The translations under genes and the position numbers were made by a program. From Desulfobacterales bacterium (GTDB lineage: Bacteria > Desulfobacterota > Desulfobacteria > Desulfobacterales > UBA11574), in assembly GCA_032126435.1 (NCBI GenBank), contig JAQBBE010000052.1:1-41644 (forward strand): 41,644 nucleotides of DNA, in the 5' to 3' direction. This document shows positions 38,720 through 41,644 of the stretch, piece by piece (within the stretch, counting starts at the first letter, position 1; each line of letters opens with the position of its first letter). The notes below the pieces were generated by a model that saw only the letters and a list, made by a program, of their open reading frames with translations, searched no databases and was not told the origin of the DNA.

Positions 38720-39590
38720 GTTTGTCATCATTGATTCTGGCGATAAACCATGGGTTCAACAGGTTTTTCTTATTGTACCGCAGGGGTTCATCCTTCTCAT
38801 AGTTCAGGACGCTCCCCTGAGCCTGTTCAACAATAACCTGACCGGCAGCCGTATCCCATTCCATGGTGGGTCCCAGCCTCGGATAAATATCTGCCCTCCC
38901 TTCAGCCACCAGGCACAGCTTTAAAGAACTGCCGGCGGATATAAACTCCACTTGTTCATGTTTCTTTCGCATGGTTTCAATAAAAGCTTTGAGTTCCTTT
39001 GTGGCATGAGAACGACTGCCCACGATGGTTATTTGTGAATCTTTTTTTTCAAAACGATGTTTATCCTCCGGCAGTTTAATGGAACCCGCTAGGATCGTCT
39101 CCAAAACACCGGCCGGATCATTTTTAAAGGGTCTCTTGGTGCTTGGCGCTAAAATGTCACTGTTATCCATCCGGTATGCGCCCAGTCCCTCACCTGCAAA
39201 ATATAAAACATCCTTAACCGGTACATAAATCACCCCGAGGATCGGCCTGTTTTGATGTATCTGGGCGATATTCACCGTAAACTCATCGTTTTTTTTGATA
39301 AATTCCTTGGTGCCGTCCAAAGGATCGACCATCCAGAAATATTCCCACCGCCGTCTCTGCTGATAAGAGATGCTTCTCCCTTCCTCACTCAAAATCGGAA
39401 GAGGCTCACCGGTTAAGTCTGATAGGTGAGAAACAACTATGCTATGGGAACGCTGATCTGCTAGGGTGAGTGGCGAATGATCGTCTTTATAGGAAATGTC
39501 AAAATCCTGATTATATACATCGAGAATAGCCCTTCCGGCGTCCTTTGCAGCCAATAATGCCATCAACAAGTGATACGTTAACTGATTCAT
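38700..39590 (-). CDS. cysQ: 3'(2'),5'-bisphosphate nucleotidase CysQ
   Basis: SPLTLAD, LSEEG, VDPLDGTKEF, GSSLK, TMEWDTAAG; ATG at 39590 just after the sat-cysC stop. Confidence 0.94.
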   Translation of the reverse strand: MNQLTYHLLMALLAAKDAGRAILDVYNQDFDISYKDDHSPLTLADQRSHSIVVSHLSDLTGEPLPILSEEGRSISYQQRRRWEYFWMVDPLDGTKEFIKKNDEFTVNIAQIHQNRPILGVIYVPVKDVLYFAGEGLGAYRMDNSDILAPSTKRPFKNDPAGVLETILAGSIKLPEDKHRFEKKDSQITIVGSRSHATKELKAFIETMRKKHEQVEFISAGSSLKLCLVAEGRADIYPRLGPTMEWDTAAGQVIVEQAQGSVLNYEKDEPLRYNKKNLLNPWFIARINDDKLVKSLL

Positions 39591-39600
39591 TGTAATTTTG

Positions 39601-41316
39601 TTAAATGTATCCTTTCTGACCCAGCAGGAGTAAAATTTCCTGGGCAGCCTCATCAGGTGCCTGATCGGTGGTGTCGATTCTCAGTTCCGGTGACTCTGGA
39701 ATTTCATAGGGGTCATCAACACCGGTAAATCCCTTGATCAAACCCGCCCGAGCCTTAGCATACATCCCTTTGCGATCTCTTTTTTCACATACGTCCAGAG
39801 GCGTGGATACGTGTATCTCAAAGAACCCGCCGTAAGTTTCGATGTTGTTCCTGATTTCCAATCGAGTGGCATTATAGGGTGCTATGGGCGCACAAATGGC
39901 GATGCCTCGATTTTTGGTGATTTCACTGGAAACAAAACCGATGCGTCGAACATTGATATCTCTGTGTTCTTTTGAGAAACTCAGCTGGCTCGACAGATTC
40001 CGCCGCACAATATCGCCGTCCAGCAGCGTCACCGGTCGATCGCCTATTTCCAAAAAGCGCGTATACAGTACCTTGGCAATGGTCGATTTACCGGCCCCTG
40101 AAAGGCCTGTCAGAAATATTGTAAAGCCCTGTTTGTCAGGAGGTGGATATGCTTTTTTCAATTCCGCCTCAACCTCAGGAAACGTTGCCCATTCCGGTAT
40201 GCTTCGTCCCGTTCTGATCCGTTCGCGAACATCGGAACTCGAAAAAGAAATATACTGTACGCCCTCGGGGATCTGATCCGCGGAGCGGTACTCATCTTCA
40301 AAAGGCAAATAGACCAGATCTTCAAACGGAATAATATTTATATCGATTTCTCTGCAATATTCTTCAGTCATTCTGTGAGCCGTATCGCTTGGGTAGAAAA
40401 GATTCCCGGCGGAATCTTTTCCCGGGCTGCCGTGATCACGTCCGATGATAAAATGGGTGCAGCCGTAATTTTTAGCAACGATTGTATGTAAAAGTGCATC
40501 TCTGGGTCCGGCCAGGCGCATTGAAAACGGCAGCAAATTCAGCACAAAAGAATCCGGCGGGTAGTGCCGGGTCACCGCCCGATAACACCGAACTCTGGTG
40601 TAGTGATCAAAATCGCCGGGTTTTGTCCTGCCTGTAACAGGAAGAAGCAGCAGATTGGCTTTAGCCTGACGCATGGCCCGGACCGTCATTTCAAACTGAG
40701 GGCGCTGGATAGGATTCCGGGTTTGAAATCCCACAACCCGACGCCATCCGAGCTTATGATAAATATTCCGGATCTCCTGGGGCGTCATGCGAAGCTGTTT
40801 AAAGTCAAAATGCAACGGAAGACTTAGAACCTCGAGTTTGCCCCCGATGAAATAATCCCCCTCGGTATTGGACAGATAGTTAACTCCCTGGTGGGCAGTG
40901 TCGGTGGTACCGTATACCAGAGTTGCTTCTTTCTCTCGATCTACAGGCCACATATCCTCAATGTGCATAATGGCCAGCAAAAATCCTTCGTGATCCCTTA
41001 AGGTGACCGACTGGCCGGCTTCCAGGCTCCGGGCTTTAGTATCGGATATACTTAAGCATATCGGTATGGGCCACAGGATACCGTTTTGAAGGCGCATGCG
41101 GTCGAGGACGGATTCGTAGTCCGATCGAGTCATAAAACCGTCAAGGGGTGAAAAGGCTCCGTTTGTCAGGAGTTCGAGATCACAAAGCTGCCGATCATTC
41201 AGGGTAACGTCCGGCAGGTTCAGGGCGATATCCTTGAGTATTGCAGCCCGCTCTTCATCCACCATAAGATTGATTAATGAACCGCCGTGAGGTTCAGCTT
41301 TCGATACCTTTTTCAT
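39601..41316 (-). CDS. Sulfate adenylyltransferase-like / adenylylsulfate kinase fusion (Sat-CysC)
   Basis: GAFSPLDGF, FQTRNP, GRDH, then TGLSGAGKST, LDGD, KGFTGVDDPYE; GGAGG RBS. Confidence 0.93.
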   Translation of the reverse strand: MKKVSKAEPHGGSLINLMVDEERAAILKDIALNLPDVTLNDRQLCDLELLTNGAFSPLDGFMTRSDYESVLDRMRLQNGILWPIPICLSISDTKARSLEAGQSVTLRDHEGFLLAIMHIEDMWPVDREKEATLVYGTTDTAHQGVNYLSNTEGDYFIGGKLEVLSLPLHFDFKQLRMTPQEIRNIYHKLGWRRVVGFQTRNPIQRPQFEMTVRAMRQAKANLLLLPVTGRTKPGDFDHYTRVRCYRAVTRHYPPDSFVLNLLPFSMRLAGPRDALLHTIVAKNYGCTHFIIGRDHGSPGKDSAGNLFYPSDTAHRMTEEYCREIDINIIPFEDLVYLPFEDEYRSADQIPEGVQYISFSSSDVRERIRTGRSIPEWATFPEVEAELKKAYPPPDKQGFTIFLTGLSGAGKSTIAKVLYTRFLEIGDRPVTLLDGDIVRRNLSSQLSFSKEHRDINVRRIGFVSSEITKNRGIAICAPIAPYNATRLEIRNNIETYGGFFEIHVSTPLDVCEKRDRKGMYAKARAGLIKGFTGVDDPYEIPESPELRIDTTDQAPDEAAQEILLLLGQKGYI

Positions 41317-41644
41317 TCAACAGCCTCCGATCACTGCTTGCAGATTGTCGTATTATGCCCTAAACAAGCGTGAATAAAATTAAGAATGTCTGTAAGGCAA
41401 CCCATTTATTTCCAATTTATTTTTGGAAGATGTTCTCATATATTATTGTTATCATATGGTAATTATTAATTTTAATTTTGAAATCGTAGTCAAACCAGAA
41501 CGCATTGTCAAGAGAAATGGCGTGTGCGCCCAAAAGGACAGCGGACGACAACTTCACACTTGTGGCCGTGTCCTTGTGAAACGAAGTTCCCGTTATCGTT
41601 GAATCCGCCTGTCCGGTGAAATGCTTGCCCAATGAAATGTTTAC

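Overview
Bacterial chromosomal segment, probably from a Desulfobacterota/deltaproteobacterial organism (inferred from gene order and protein style), dominated by cell-envelope genes. Left arm: two divergent ArnT-like transferases, arnB-arnC-arnA-arnD (L-Ara4N pathway), pseudogene debris, a Kdo-kinase-like gene and a GT9 heptosyltransferase-like gene. Centre: lpxK, a divergent membrane methyltransferase plus kinase pair, and a long minus-strand run pilC-pilS-lolC/E-lolD-bamA-skp-lpxD-fabZ-lpxA-lpxI-(gnnA-like)-lpxB-msbA-lptF-lptG. Right arm: DHH/CBS tRNA nucleotidyltransferase, site-2 protease, trpS, scpAB, ihfB, tRNA-Val(CAC), cysQ and a sat-cysC fusion. The unusual content is mostly intergenic. 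At least four families of small non-autonomous repeat elements are present: heptamer-armed cassettes, one holding the internally deleted remnant of a probable four-helix-bundle gene; octamer-armed ~200-bp elements ending in a GCGAAG hairpin motif; a 214-bp nested-palindrome MITE with a 7-bp target duplication; and a collapsed 21-bp palindrome. Other candidates are a kinase plus methyltransferase LPS-modification module and a Sat domain lacking both HxxH histidines. All family assignments come from motif reading, not database searches.
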